A stretch of DNA of 62,838 bases, counting the filler, from Gonapodya sp. JEL0774 (lineage: Eukaryota), in NCBI GenBank assembly GCA_027604505.1. It is 44 parts of 44 records of this genome, joined end to end, with 100 filler letters (N's around TTAATTAATTAA, not from the genome) between each part and the next. Parts side by side here need not be neighbours in the genome. Positions count along the whole stretch, not along the records: positions 50,134 to 51,457 come from JADIIX010003352.1; positions 51,558 to 52,881 come from JADIIX010003353.1; positions 52,982 to 54,305 come from JADIIX010003354.1; positions 54,406 to 55,729 come from JADIIX010003355.1; positions 55,830 to 57,152 come from JADIIX010003356.1; positions 57,253 to 58,574 come from JADIIX010003357.1; positions 58,675 to 59,996 come from JADIIX010003358.1; positions 60,097 to 61,417 come from JADIIX010003359.1; 36 more parts are not named here. The stretch is one strand, 5' to 3'. Shown in pieces: positions 50,136-61,517 of the stretch. The position numbers and the translations under genes were made by a program. Each line of letters starts with the position of its first letter. The stretch's first letter is position 1. The notes beneath the pieces are model-generated. The model was given only the letters and a program-made list of their open reading frames with translations, was not told where the DNA came from and made no database searches.

Positions 50136-51457
50136 ATGAAACCCAGCGTCTTGGCCTCTACACTGTCATCCGAAGGGTTTCTAACCCCGACGAAGTCACC
50201 TCCCCCTGCATCCTCGGCCTTGCGTCTTTGTCCCCTCTTGACCAGTGGGGCCTTCTCTCCTTTCCCGCGCCGCCATCTGCAGCAGGTAATGGAACAGCCA
50301 ATGTCACCTCTGGTGGCACAGTGCTCGTGAACGGTACCGTCGTGGTCAACGGCACGGTTGTTGCGAATGGTACTGTGGCGGTGAATGCCACTGCTCCGGC
50401 GAACAGCACTGTCAATCCGAACGCCACCTCGACGGGCACTGCTCGGCCAAATGCAACTACTACGCCAACCGCAGTTGCGCTGCAATATGCGGCATTCTAT
50501 GTCGACCGCAACCTCTCTGCACTCCTCTCAACACTTCCCCGGGTATTCAATCAATCTACAGCCATACCCATCACTAACGCCACGATACCCTTGTTAGCGC
50601 ATGCGGTACCGGAAGCCTCTGAATGGCTTAACTCGACCACTCAGACCATGGTGGATGCGATCGTGCAGTGGGGCACCCTAGACGTGGACGCAATGTTCAC
50701 CGACGGAAACGATGTGAATGCGTTTCCTAGGGACGAGCCGAAACTCGTGGTTGTGGGAACTGTGGGGGAGGTCAAACCTTTGGCGGTTAGTTTGTAGCGG
50801 AATCGTTTTGCATCCACTCGACCAGCATGTCACTGAAAACGCGCCATTCGTGGACGCCTGACCATTTCAGCGCCTCGAATGGCTCCTCTTCATTTCTTAT
50901 TTCTTCAACACAGACGGTGCCGCTCTGACGCTCTTCAACCAAGTTCGAAACCAATACCTCTGCAGTGTGGACTACGTTCTGAAAAACATAACCCAAGCCG
51001 GTCCTAAGGTTCTCTGGACCGGGAAAAGGTCTGACGGTAGTTTCAGAGGTTTTGATGCCGGCTGGACAAGCACAGTGTTAGGGGATGCTGGTGAGTGTTG
51101 GCATTAACATCATGGCATCGATGTCTACCCATCTCTCCGGTCTAAAACGTCTCTGGCTGTCTAGGTGCTGACGTCCTCTTGGGCGACGAATCCACTCTCC
51201 GAACCTCGGGTGGATTCAGGGCTGTCGATGTCCTCGTGGACGACTCCAGAGCTTCAATGGACTACACATCTATTCTCGCTGCGTACGGACTAGCGAATTT
51301 GTCGGCATCGGCGCTGAGCAGCTACGCTTTCATTGCGAACAAGGTATGAGATTATCTCCCGTGCCCTCTTCCGATCGTAAAATCCACGTCAGCGGTCATC
51401 TAATTTTGGTGCTCCACCTGCTACCAGTATATGTTCCGCCCAGATCGTATTCGGAAT
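50136..51457 (+). CDS. Secreted or surface glycoprotein with a possible helical-backbone (Fe/B12 periplasmic-binding-like) domain
   Basis: Dense NxT sequons; spliced VRNQYLC..PKVLW..GDA|GA..VDVLVDD..YGL..YAFIANK. Family assignment is tentative. Confidence 0.4.
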
Positions 51458-51557
51458 NNNNNNNNNNNNNNNNNNNNNNNNNNNNNNNNNNNNNNNNNNN
51501 NTTAATTAATTAANNNNNNNNNNNNNNNNNNNNNNNNNNNNNNNNNNNNNNNNNNNN

Positions 51558-52881
51558 ACAGTACGTTGTGCCGACCCTTGGTAGCCATGAAAGAAAGGGT
51601 TGGTTACCTGTGGTGCTGTAAATACGGATAAAATGCAGGGGTCAAGCTCCGCCACTCACCACACGAGTGCCTGACGGTAGACCAGCTCCAAGATATTTGT
51701 GGGGAGGTCAAACTCGTATCGACCAAGTATCTTCTTCAACAGAAATGCTTGTACAATGGTTGTTACACTCGTGATCGCGAGGTCAAGCCATAAAAGCCTA
51801 TTGGTAAGAAACGAAAACGTTAGTATGCCGTCTAGCGAGTTTAACAACCATGAGCATACTGGTAAAATTTTTGGCCCACATTGTTCTCCCAACAATATGT
51901 CAGCTTAGAGTACCAACCAAAGGTACTGTATCAGTCATACGCTTACAAACCGGAGCATACGATTGATATTGCGATCCCTCACCTTATGGCTGTCATAAGC
52001 CGCGCTTTGAGTAGAGAAGTCCTGATAGAATGAGTATAAGACTACATATAAGCTCGCCATCTTTAGAAGAAAGGATCTGCGCCACATATTCTATTCAATG
52101 AGATACAGTTGATCACTCCAACGAATGATGTAAGCTCACCGCATAACACTGAAAGTCATTGCCACACTTGGCGAGTCATACTTCTCAAAGTCTCCGAGCA
52201 AGACAAAGAACACGGGCATGATAAAGTTGAGGGATGCGACGACAATCGACGTGTATTTCTATACGAGAAATCGGAAGGAAGTTCTTACAGGGACACAGTG
52301 CAAAGTGGTGAAGATCAGCGAACCTGCAAGTCTGGAATATTCCCCCCCGCAATTGTTCCGAGTAGCCCTCCATTAGGCATAATGAACCCGGATATCAAGG
52401 TCCCCGATATTCCCATCATAGTCAACCACGCCAAGTTCGCGAGCAACCTCCTCGCAAAGAGTCGCAACAGTTCCTCCCTCGATCTAAGCATGCGCACGTT
52501 TTGACGATTCACGCTTGATATCAGAGTGCGCATGATGGTGGATATCGCTGTGGAAAGGTTTCGGCGACCGACATTGGTCGAGACACCGTGGTTCCAACCT
52601 GTAAAGGCAACCGTGGCAAAGGGGTGGATGGAGTCGACATCGAGAGTCGAGGAGAGGGTGTTTCGTTGGACGTAGTGGTGACGCATGCTGGTCGAGAGAA
52701 ATGCAATGGGAGGAAGATCGGGTCATTTGTGTCTGTACAGAACATTGGGCATGGCGACAGTTACTGACGTCACAACAATACCTAGAAAGCTGGAAACGAA
52801 GAATGCGCAAATGACGGCAATATAAGCCAAGTCCATGCGATATGTCGGAAACGGTTCGTTGGTGTAGTATCCGTAATAGAA
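51558..52881 (-). CDS. Transmembrane channel-like (TMC) family protein, internal fragment including the TMC domain
   Basis: FYYGYYTN..YRMDLAY, AFTGWN, and CWENNVGQKFYQ|LLWLD...EFDLPTNILELVYRQALVW|VGTTYC, matching the TMC-domain pattern CWETxVGQE..EFxIxxNVLxLIYxQxxxWxG. Confidence 0.85.
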
Positions 52882-52981
52882 NNNNNNNNNNNNNNNNNNN
52901 NNNNNNNNNNNNNNNNNNNNNNNNNTTAATTAATTAANNNNNNNNNNNNNNNNNNNNNNNNNNNNNNNNNNNNNNNNNNNN

Positions 52982-53576
52982 CCGCATTAGTTCATCTTCC
53001 TTCCTTTTGATTCCGTGGAGTCGAGAGCAAGTGGTGGGACGTGCTCACCTGCTACAAACTCTAATGAGCATCCAGAAACCATGTCGTAGTCAACGAGAAC
53101 CACTGTGTTGCCCTTGATGTTATCCCATTGTTGGGAAACGATGGCGATGGACCTATTCTCATTCGTACTACTCGCAACGGAACAGAACGAAATTGAGGTC
53201 GTGTTGAAGCGAATTGCCCTGCCTGCCCAGAGTGTAGTGTTTGTGATAGACTGTCTCCCGGTAGAGAAGTAGAGAATGGAGGTCGGTGAAACTGTCAAGT
53301 TTCGACTAAGATCGGGGACAGCTGAGGAAGATCGATTAACAGTCCAGGAGGGAACGAAGACCGTCCCACCGCACAACGAAAGCATGAGAAAAATTCTCGA
53401 GATCACAAAAACTGGCTCGAGAACTGACCGAGTGCGATAGGCGTGGCCGCTAAAACAGTTTGTGTTGCGAGGAGAATGACCAGGGCGACAATCCCCACAA
53501 GCGAAGAGACTCCGGTTGCTCCCCGAGCTCCACCTAGCGCCAGTGGAAAGGACGCTGCGAAACTCTGCCGTCTCAT
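52982..53576 (-). CDS. Hypothetical secreted protein N-terminus
   Basis: Hydrophobic LVGIVALVILLA leader and an NxS/T-rich downstream frame; exon structure uncertain. Confidence 0.25.
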
Positions 53577-54405
53577 CGATGCAGAATAACGTGGCCAACT
53601 TGTTTCGAAACGATCGGGTCTCGAGTCTGTACCGCCTGAACCTCTTTGACAAGCAGCACCAGCCCCATGTCTTGCCCAGGCGAAGGATAAAATGTCATCA
53701 AGCGTCAGCCGTAATTGTGAAATATGTATTATTGACAGGTGTGAATAATGATTCTGTAAAAGCCCCATTTTTTATCCCTTTGTTTAGGTGCCCCAATATT
53801 GCGAGATCATCTTGCATGCGAAGTTCTCCTCATCAGCCAGTGTTACATGGCCGCCACAGCTCCCGTTGATCCTTCTATGGTTGGCAGGTCTGACTCGGAT
53901 ATCTGTGAAAGTGATTTGCGCTTGCGCACAAACTCAGCCCTTTTCTCCGCTGTATCGTGTCGTTGCGGTCAAAGATCAGTCGTTGGTACAAAATGAATCG
54001 GTAAGCGCTCTCAACATACACAACTTTAGCTTCTCCAATTTTTCAGCTTCCATTGCTTTCCTTCGAGCCTCGGCCTGCGAGAGTTTGGATGCGATTTCTT
54101 CCGCTCCAGGCTTCAGTCTGTTCGAGGTGGAATACGACCACACCATCGATCAAAAAGAGGACTAAGTATCCACACCACGTGAAGGATGCACTCACGAGTC
54201 CTGGCCAGCAGCCTCCTTCCTTGCTTCCACATTTTGGTTGTGCTGACGAGCAGCCTCGATCTTTTCTTTCTCAAGAGCGGAGCGGCGCTCAGCGGCTGCT
54301 TCGAGNNNNNNNNNNNNNNNNNNNNNNNNNNNNNNNNNNNNNNNNNNNNTTAATTAATTAANNNNNNNNNNNNNNNNNNNNNNNNNNNNNNNNNNNNNNN
54401 NNNNN

Positions 54406-55048
54406 ATTCCATCGACATCAGCGGAGCCGTAACAGTTGAATGGTCCGAGAATGGCTGCGCGGTGGGCTAGGGCAGGAGCATAACGATGAGCGTACACCTT
54501 TAGCATGGCGCTGCTTATGCGTACGATCAATGGCAAAACTCACACGGGGCGTCCAACCATGCCCCAAGTACCGTGCTCTCGTCGGGGAACCTGCCCGCGA
54601 CATTCTCACTGACTTGAAGCCATCCTGGAATGAAAGCCAATCGCGTCAACGGGTTGGTGCCGTCCGATCCAAAGTGAGAAACACCGGTGTTAATGGATTG
54701 ATCGGTTGAGTGGGCGAGTGCTGCAGTGGTGAGGCGGCTTGAAGGAGGGGAAACGGGGAAGAACGATTCGAGATGGTCAGAGGGCGGAGAAATTGGATGG
54801 GTCAACGAGTTATCCGAATGAAGGATGAAAATCTCTAGGAACAGAAATGCCTTTCGACCATTCCTCGGTGTTGCTCACTCAACTCACTCGTCTAACCCGA
54901 ATGGTGGCAATCCGTTATCCGCCCGGACTCGGTTCACTTTGCAAAGGAGTATGGTGGGGTCGGCGGAAGCGACCACTGCGGCTGGCTGGTGGATCAGAGC
55001 AACGGAAACTACGAGCAAGACCGTGAAGAGGAACGAGACGGCCGTCAT
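54406..55048 (-). CDS. Secreted CAP/SCP (PR-1-like) domain protein, 3'-partial
   Basis: Signal peptide MTAVSFLFTVLLVV, LLCKVNRVRADNGLPP, RLTTAALAHSTDQ..SHFGSDG, ENVA, AWLDAP..HRAAIL. Confidence 0.82.
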
Positions 55049-55829
55049 GTCTGGTTCGCGCTTGGAGTGACAGCTGCCTTAGATGACGTGTGTTGTGGAA
55101 GTTGAATCCCGACAAAGAGCGAATGAAAACTTCCTTGACGAAGAATCTCTTTTATATTCCTGTCATTCCCGATTTAGGTTGGGTAAATTTTGCAAGTGGA
55201 GAGATGCGGCAAGGTGACTCACTGACCGCTTCTTCCCGATTCGGAGACAAGCGAATCGTCTATCGAGGCCTTTTGACAGAACGTGTTGAAATAGTAGAGA
55301 CCGGAGGGAATGAGTGGAATGATTTTCACATTGGTTCTAGATTAGACTGTAATACCGTTGCGGTTGGCTTGCCGTTTGTTCACACCGCAGAAAAGGTCAG
55401 TCCTCGTGAAATAAAATATGAAACCGAGATTCTGTGCTTTACACGCATCTCCTTCACCCCTTTCAATGATCATGATGGCTAATACAGGCGGTAGATGAGT
55501 ACTACGGAATCGAGCTAAGGAAGGAATGGTCTCGACCGTGCAGCAAATATGAAGGACATGCAATGAAATATATACAACCCCCGCGATCCCCACTTTTGGA
55601 TATTCCATCACAAATTAATCCCCATATACTCACTACCAACGCCCGCGAGATCCTTCCTCAACAGAACCCTCACCGTCGTTCCGTGGCTGATCAACGAAAT
55701 GAACGAAACCCAACCCGTCAGCCCGACAANNNNNNNNNNNNNNNNNNNNNNNNNNNNNNNNNNNNNNNNNNNNTTAATTAATTAANNNNNNNNNNNNNNN
55801 NNNNNNNNNNNNNNNNNNNNNNNNNNNNN

Positions 55830-57152
55830 CTTACAACGTGCATGTTTTCGTCGAGAAGGAGGTTGGACAGTTTGAGGTCTCGGTGGATGACACCCTGGGG
55901 ATTAGGGAGACGGGAGATGAGAGAATGGCACGAACAGATAAGAAGCGAAGCACCCAGAAATACAAGAAATTGAAGGAAGGAAGGAAGTCCGGCGTTTGTA
56001 TGGGTGGGAAAGGGGAACATGAGCGTGCTGATCACCTCCCTTTCATTACTTGCCTCGTGCTGCAACCAACCCAGCCAAATGAGTTCCTTCTATTATAAAC
56101 AACTCACCTCAGAATGAAGGTACGCAACACCGCGCACCACATCTTCGGCACACCAACGGGCCTCGGCCTCCGAGAGCGCCCCTGGTGGCAAGCCGTTCTC
56201 CGGACTCGGACTCGAGCGCCTCTCCCTCGCCAGACCTTTACCTCCGTTTCTTTCCAAGTTTGCCGTACCAGACCGACTTGCGCCTGGCGCAGGAGTAGCG
56301 GCAGATGATGGATTTCTGAAGGCGCCTCGGTCACGGAGGAGGGAGAAGAGGTCAGCATTTGGGCAGAGGTCTTGAACGAGATAGATGTTTCCAGGTTTAT
56401 CCGAGTTGTCGGCGGTCTGCGGGTCTCTCGTTCCGTCTCCAACTCCACGTTCCCGGAAAGAAGTTACGTTCTGCAGGATTTCAGCGTCTCCATCTCGGAA
56501 GTGAGCGAGGAGTCGGACAACATTGGGGTGGGACAAGGAGCGATGTACAAGAATTTCTTGTCTGACGCGATTGGCGGTTGTGGGGTGAGAAAGGGTGGTC
56601 GGAGGAATCTGGTGGCAGGAGGGTAATGGTAGATGGGGAGGTCAGTTACGACACATTCCAGTGGAGTTTCGGCCAAATTCAGTATGGTGAGACTGCCACA
56701 GTGAGGTTTCAGCCTAGGTGTGTCGGTGAGTGCCCGCTGTGAGGTCTCCTCATTGTCTCCGAGATTGCCTTCCAACGAATGTCCCTGGCTCCAATCTTCT
56801 TCCCACACACATAAAGCCCATACTCTACCGACCCAGACACTGTAGCTCTGCTGGAGTAACATGTCCCGAACTCATGCCCAGTCGCGACAACGCCGTTTCA
56901 ACTTACAATCTTTATCGCCACTTTTCGTCCCTTTGCCGGCCCCTGCACAATCGTGGCTTCCCTTACGACGCCAAAACCACCACGTCCTAGTACTTTACCG
57001 AGCGAATAGTGCTGGATGATAGGGTGCGGGGTCACTGTGAGCTGTGGCGTGCGGGCTGATACCTGGTGATACGGGGCGACTCACCTTGATGTCAAGGGGC
57101 ACCTGGGGCGATTCCACATGATGGAGGACAGAGTGAGGAGCAGGGACAACAG
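55830..57152 (-). CDS. Polo-family kinase, PLK4/SAK-like (kinase domain fragment)
   Basis: LGRGGFGVV, VAIKI, NRVRQEILVHRSLSHPNV, YLHSE|GVIHRDLKLSNLLL. Confidence 0.7.
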
Positions 57153-57252
57153 NNNNNNNNNNNNNNNNNNNNNNNNNNNNNNNNNNNNNNNNNNNNTTAA
57201 TTAATTAANNNNNNNNNNNNNNNNNNNNNNNNNNNNNNNNNNNNNNNNNNNN

Positions 57253-57891
57253 AAGGTGCTTTGGAAACTACTAGGGAGAATGACGTCAGTGTCGACAAGA
57301 TGGACACCGAAAGAGAGTTCCTCAAGTCCGGTGCATTTAGGGAGCAAAGACTCCAACGATGCCCTTGCCCCGTTATCTGGACCATACAAGGGGTACGCCA
57401 GTCGTTTTAAGGATGCAGCAGATGCCGCAAAGACCTCAGTGGCGCATTGCGTTAACCCGTCCGTGGTTATACTGCTAAACTCAAGGGATTTCACCGAGCC
57501 TGATATTCTTCCAAGCACCGATTTGTAATAGACCATATCAAAGTGCCGCCATTGGTCATACATTCTGCCTATTTCCACGTGGTATGGTCGAATGATGGCT
57601 TTGGTTTCCTCATCAAAGGACTTGTAAGTCTCCATCCTTTGTACATTTTGCACGTCGCCAGACAGAATCCAGGTTCTCCAAAGGGCCTGCCGAGCAATCT
57701 GGTCCCACCCTTTGCTTCATTTCGGCATATGTAGTGGAGATGTTAAGGTTGGTCAGAGTGAAAAACTGTGTGGGGAAGCTTTCCTACATCGCGTCAACTC
57801 ACCATACAAGGACACAGCTTGCGCAATCCCTCACCTCCAGGTAGCTTGTAATCATCTTGAAAATAAGTGGGTTGAATAACACATCACTCAT
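57253..57891 (-). CDS. F-box/LRR-like protein, 3'-partial
   Basis: Exon 57891-57803, intron 57802-57715; spliced MSDVLFNPLIFKMITSYLEVRDCASCVLVCKGWDQIARQALWR; later LKRLAY, KCTGLEELSF. Confidence 0.82.
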
Positions 57892-58497
57892 GGCGATGGC
57901 GGTCAAGAGTTGAAAAATCTGTGCCAAGTGTATGCAGCGCACCAAAGGGCGGTTTGCATGATTGCGCCCATTCATCAGATCAGCATGTCCTCTACTGTTT
58001 TCTCATCTCCAAGACGGCCCCATGCAGCATTGCTGGTTCAGAAACTTTATTTTACCACTTCTATCTCCCTTGTGAATCCGCCGATTCGGTCTGTCGTTCC
58101 GGAACGTACGCATGGATAAATGGCATGTGTTCCCATGCCGTACAAGTACCCGGAAAAATCTTCGTGGTGCGGGTGTGTCCCGGTACAACGTGGCAACTAT
58201 CAAAGGTAGGACCAAAGCGATATCATTGCGTTTTGGGCGGGTGGGATTGCCCTCACCCTTGGTCGCCTCGTCGGCTTGAGGGCCTGGTTTCCCACTCCCT
58301 CTCAAGATTTCCCCGCTCACTTATTCCTTGACCTCTCCTTTTTATTTGTAGAGTTTGGATCCGCTGCCTGTATTTGTCCTTTGTCATGGCTAACCCCTCG
58401 TTCCCCCTTCTTCATAACCTGACTCCATGCATGCAAGGGAATGAAGTTGTCCGGAACAAGAACCTTCGCCAAATTGTTATCCTGGGTGATTGGTGAG

Positions 58498-58574
58498 TTC
58501 ATGAGCCGCTGAGTGGTCAAGTTGGGTATGCCCTAGCCGTTGGGGCTCTTGTTGCCCGGATATTGAGCGCGAAG
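58498..58574 (+). repeat. 77-bp contig end identical to 24407-24483
   Basis: Exact terminal match. Confidence 0.95.
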
Positions 58575-58674
58575 NNNNNNNNNNNNNNNNNNNNNNNNNN
58601 NNNNNNNNNNNNNNNNNNTTAATTAATTAANNNNNNNNNNNNNNNNNNNNNNNNNNNNNNNNNNNNNNNNNNNN

Positions 58675-59996
58675 TCTACGAAACTGATACTTCAGTATCT
58701 TGCCGCGATGTCTACAAAGCAAAGCCTTGTACAGGAGCAAATTCTGGACGCAAGCCCAATTTTAGAAGCGTTTGGTGAGTTGAGCCGTGCTTTCTTGTAC
58801 TAGCAGTATGGTCGGTCACCCTGAAACTTCTTCGGCACACGCAGGAAATGCGAAGACGGTCCGCAATGATAACTCCTCACGTTTTGGCAAGTTTATTGAA
58901 GTACAGTTCAGCCTGGATGGATCGATTTGTGGAGCCCGAACATTGGAGTATTTATTGGAGAAGGTACGTAACGGGCAGGAATCTGATCTGGTGTCCTTGC
59001 AGCTGACGACTACTCAGTCCCGCATTACAAGCACCACTAGCGGTGAACGATCTTACCACGTCTTTTATAACTTTCTCGAAGGAGCCAGTGCAGAAGAGAA
59101 AGGTATGGGCTTGCGGCGGTCCAACTGCCAATTTTTTTGTGTGACTTCACACCTGCATCTTCTCATATAGCCTCATACAATCTTGGACCTCCTACCTCGT
59201 TTCAATATCTTTCTCGGAGCCCATGCATTAGTCTTCCTGGAGTTGACGAGGCGGCGGAGCTCAGGCAGATCAAAGACTCAATGCACACGTTGAAGTTTGG
59301 TGACAAGGAGAAAGATATATTCCGTGTCCTAGCCGCAGTACTTCACTTGGGAAATGTGGATATGCAGAAGACTCCCGAAAAGGACGACCAGGCGGAGATC
59401 GCGAACCCTGATGGTGGGTACTCGTTGATGGAGGTTAATCAAAGTGCGCGATTTCGCTTCATTGAAGTATTCGCTAGTTGTTGATTTTATTGCTCCAATT
59501 ATTGGTGTCGACGCAATGAAGTTGAAGACCGTACTTACTTCCCGCTCGCAAATAACTCGCGGAGAGCTATTCGTTACGCCACTTACACAAGCTCAAGCAA
59601 TCGACACGCGGGACGCATTGGCGAAAAGTGGGTGACAGAAGTGTTACTGATCTCGTTTTACGATCTTCACGATGTTTTATTGCCGCGATCGACAGCTTTG
59701 TATTCGCGAATGTTTAGCTGGATTGTTTCGTTTATAAACTCTGCTACAACTAGCAAAGACAGTACTTTATCTGTGGGAGTCCTTGACATATTTGGATTTG
59801 AAGATTTTCAGACAAATAGCTTTGAGCAGCTATGTATTAAGTGAGTCTGAAACAGCTTGTTACGGAACACGGTCGCCATGTGACGCTGGTTTGCACAGCC
59901 TTGCCAATGAGAAGCTACAATCATTCTTTAACCTCCAAATATTCAAACTTGAGCAGGAAAACTATCAAAAGGAGGGCATACGTGAGTGTGCTGTGC
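58675..59996 (+). CDS. Unconventional myosin motor fragment (class VII/X/XXII, MyTH4-FERM-like)
   Basis: [80 protein letters not shown]. Confidence 0.85.
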
Positions 59997-60096
59997 NNNN
60001 NNNNNNNNNNNNNNNNNNNNNNNNNNNNNNNNNNNNNNNNTTAATTAATTAANNNNNNNNNNNNNNNNNNNNNNNNNNNNNNNNNNNNNNNNNNNN

Positions 60097-60401
60097 GCAC
60101 CAAACGTTCATTCTCGATTCCACTTGGCTTCATTGACATGAATGAATACTTGAGCACATACTGTAAGAGATATCACCGCCAAGAAGTGATTCAGTGACTG
60201 TTATGTGCCTGACATAGCGGTCAGTTCTCACCCTATATACGCACCAAACATTCATTCTCAATACCACTTGGCTTCATTGACATGAATGAATACTGGAGCA
60301 CATACTGTAAGAGATATCACCGCCAAGAAGTGATTCAGTGACTGTTATGTGCCTGACATAGCGGTACATATCAACACATCGCACAACATACTCAAACATA
60401 C
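60097..60401 (-). mobile_element. Introner-like intron, copy 2 (3' end runs off the contig)
   Basis: Begins with GTATGT at 60401 on the minus strand and is nearly identical to 60538-60846. Confidence 0.75.
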
Positions 60402-61417
60402 CAATGCATAGCAACTCCATAACGAAAAAGTCCACTTCCAATTACGGTAAAAACAATCGAGGATAAGCGCATTTGTCGAGCTACACCATCAAGAGTCGTA
60501 ATAAGTGGGCTAGGTGGTCAGTTCTCGCCCCATCTACGCACCAAACGTTCATTCTCGATTCCACTTGGCTTCATTGACATGAATGAATATTTGAGCACAT
60601 ACTGTAAGGGATATCACCGCCAAGAAGTGATTCAGTGACTGTTATGTGCCTGACATAGCGGTCAGTTCTCACCCTATCTACGCACCAAACACAATCATTC
60701 TCAATACCACTTGGCTTCATTGACATGAATGTACACTTGAGCACATTATGTAAGAGATATCACCGCCAAGAAGTTGATTCATTGACCTGTTATGTGCCTG
60801 ACATAGCGGTACATATCAACACATCGCACAACATACTCAAACATACACCTTCCGTCGTCCCATGTGTTGTATCAAAGCGTCCTCGAATTTTTTGGCATAG
60901 TTTGCAGCATTCATTATATTGCTCCTATCCAAAAGATCACGTACTTCCGCAGACCCGACGTACTTGCGACTTATCGCCATTTGTGTTGCCTTTTCCACAA
61001 ATTCATCTTCTGTTGACGCCACACAATCGTTTGCTAATCCAACTTCTGTGAGAAGAGAGCCTGTCACCCTTTGTACATGCGCAGCATTTCTCTTTGCCAG
61101 TGTGATTATTGGTACTCCCGTGTAAAGGCTTTCCCAGCTAATAGTAGTGCTACTGTAAGGACTTTGATCCAGGAGGCAGTCTGCCTCAGCATATTGCATC
61201 ATGTGGTCCCTGTAACCGAGCGAACCGGGTAGAAGAACAACCCGATCGCATTGCTCTGGCGGGACAAACCGAGACAAGAATGTTCGCGCAAATGATGTAT
61301 CTAGAAAGAGTCGAGACTTGATGAGTAGCAAAGAACCTGACACGCCTTCTAGAATCCGAAACCACAGCCGGAACGTCGCTGCATTCAGTTTGTTAAGTTT
61401 AGCAAACACTGCAAATG
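60402..61417 (-). CDS. SPINDLY-type GT41 glycosyltransferase C-terminal lobe continuing in frame into a further domain (exons 61417-60847 and 60509-60402)
   Basis: KLN..WFRILE..LLIK..DHMMQY..DCLLDQSPYSSTTISWESLYTGVPIITL..HVQRVTGSLLTEVGL. Splicing gives RRK|VPLITTLDGVARQMRLSSIVFTVIGSGLFRYGVAMHW. Confidence 0.85.
60510..60846 (-). mobile_element. Introner-like intron, copy 1 (337 nt, with an internal ~144-bp tandem duplication)
   Basis: Minus strand GTATGT...GAACTGACCACCTAG gives donor, branch site and acceptor; removal restores the reading frame. Confidence 0.8.
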
Positions 61418-61517
61418 NNNNNNNNNNNNNNNNNNNNNNNNNNNNNNNNNNNNNNNNNNNNTTAATTAATTAANNNNNNNNNNNNNNNNNNNNNNNNNNN
61501 NNNNNNNNNNNNNNNNN

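Noticed and set aside
60392..60472. 26-aa hydrophobic small ORF or integron-like cassette ending in YV* like the GT41 ORF
   Set aside because: The shared YV* end is read-through into the intron start GTATGTTTGA; the segment is better explained as an internal exon.
60097..60846. Hammerhead ribozyme or retrozyme repeat
   Set aside because: No CTGANGA core with a matching GAAA was found on either strand.
60725..61051. Plus-strand 108-aa ORF
   Set aside because: Antisense shadow of the GT41 gene and its intron.
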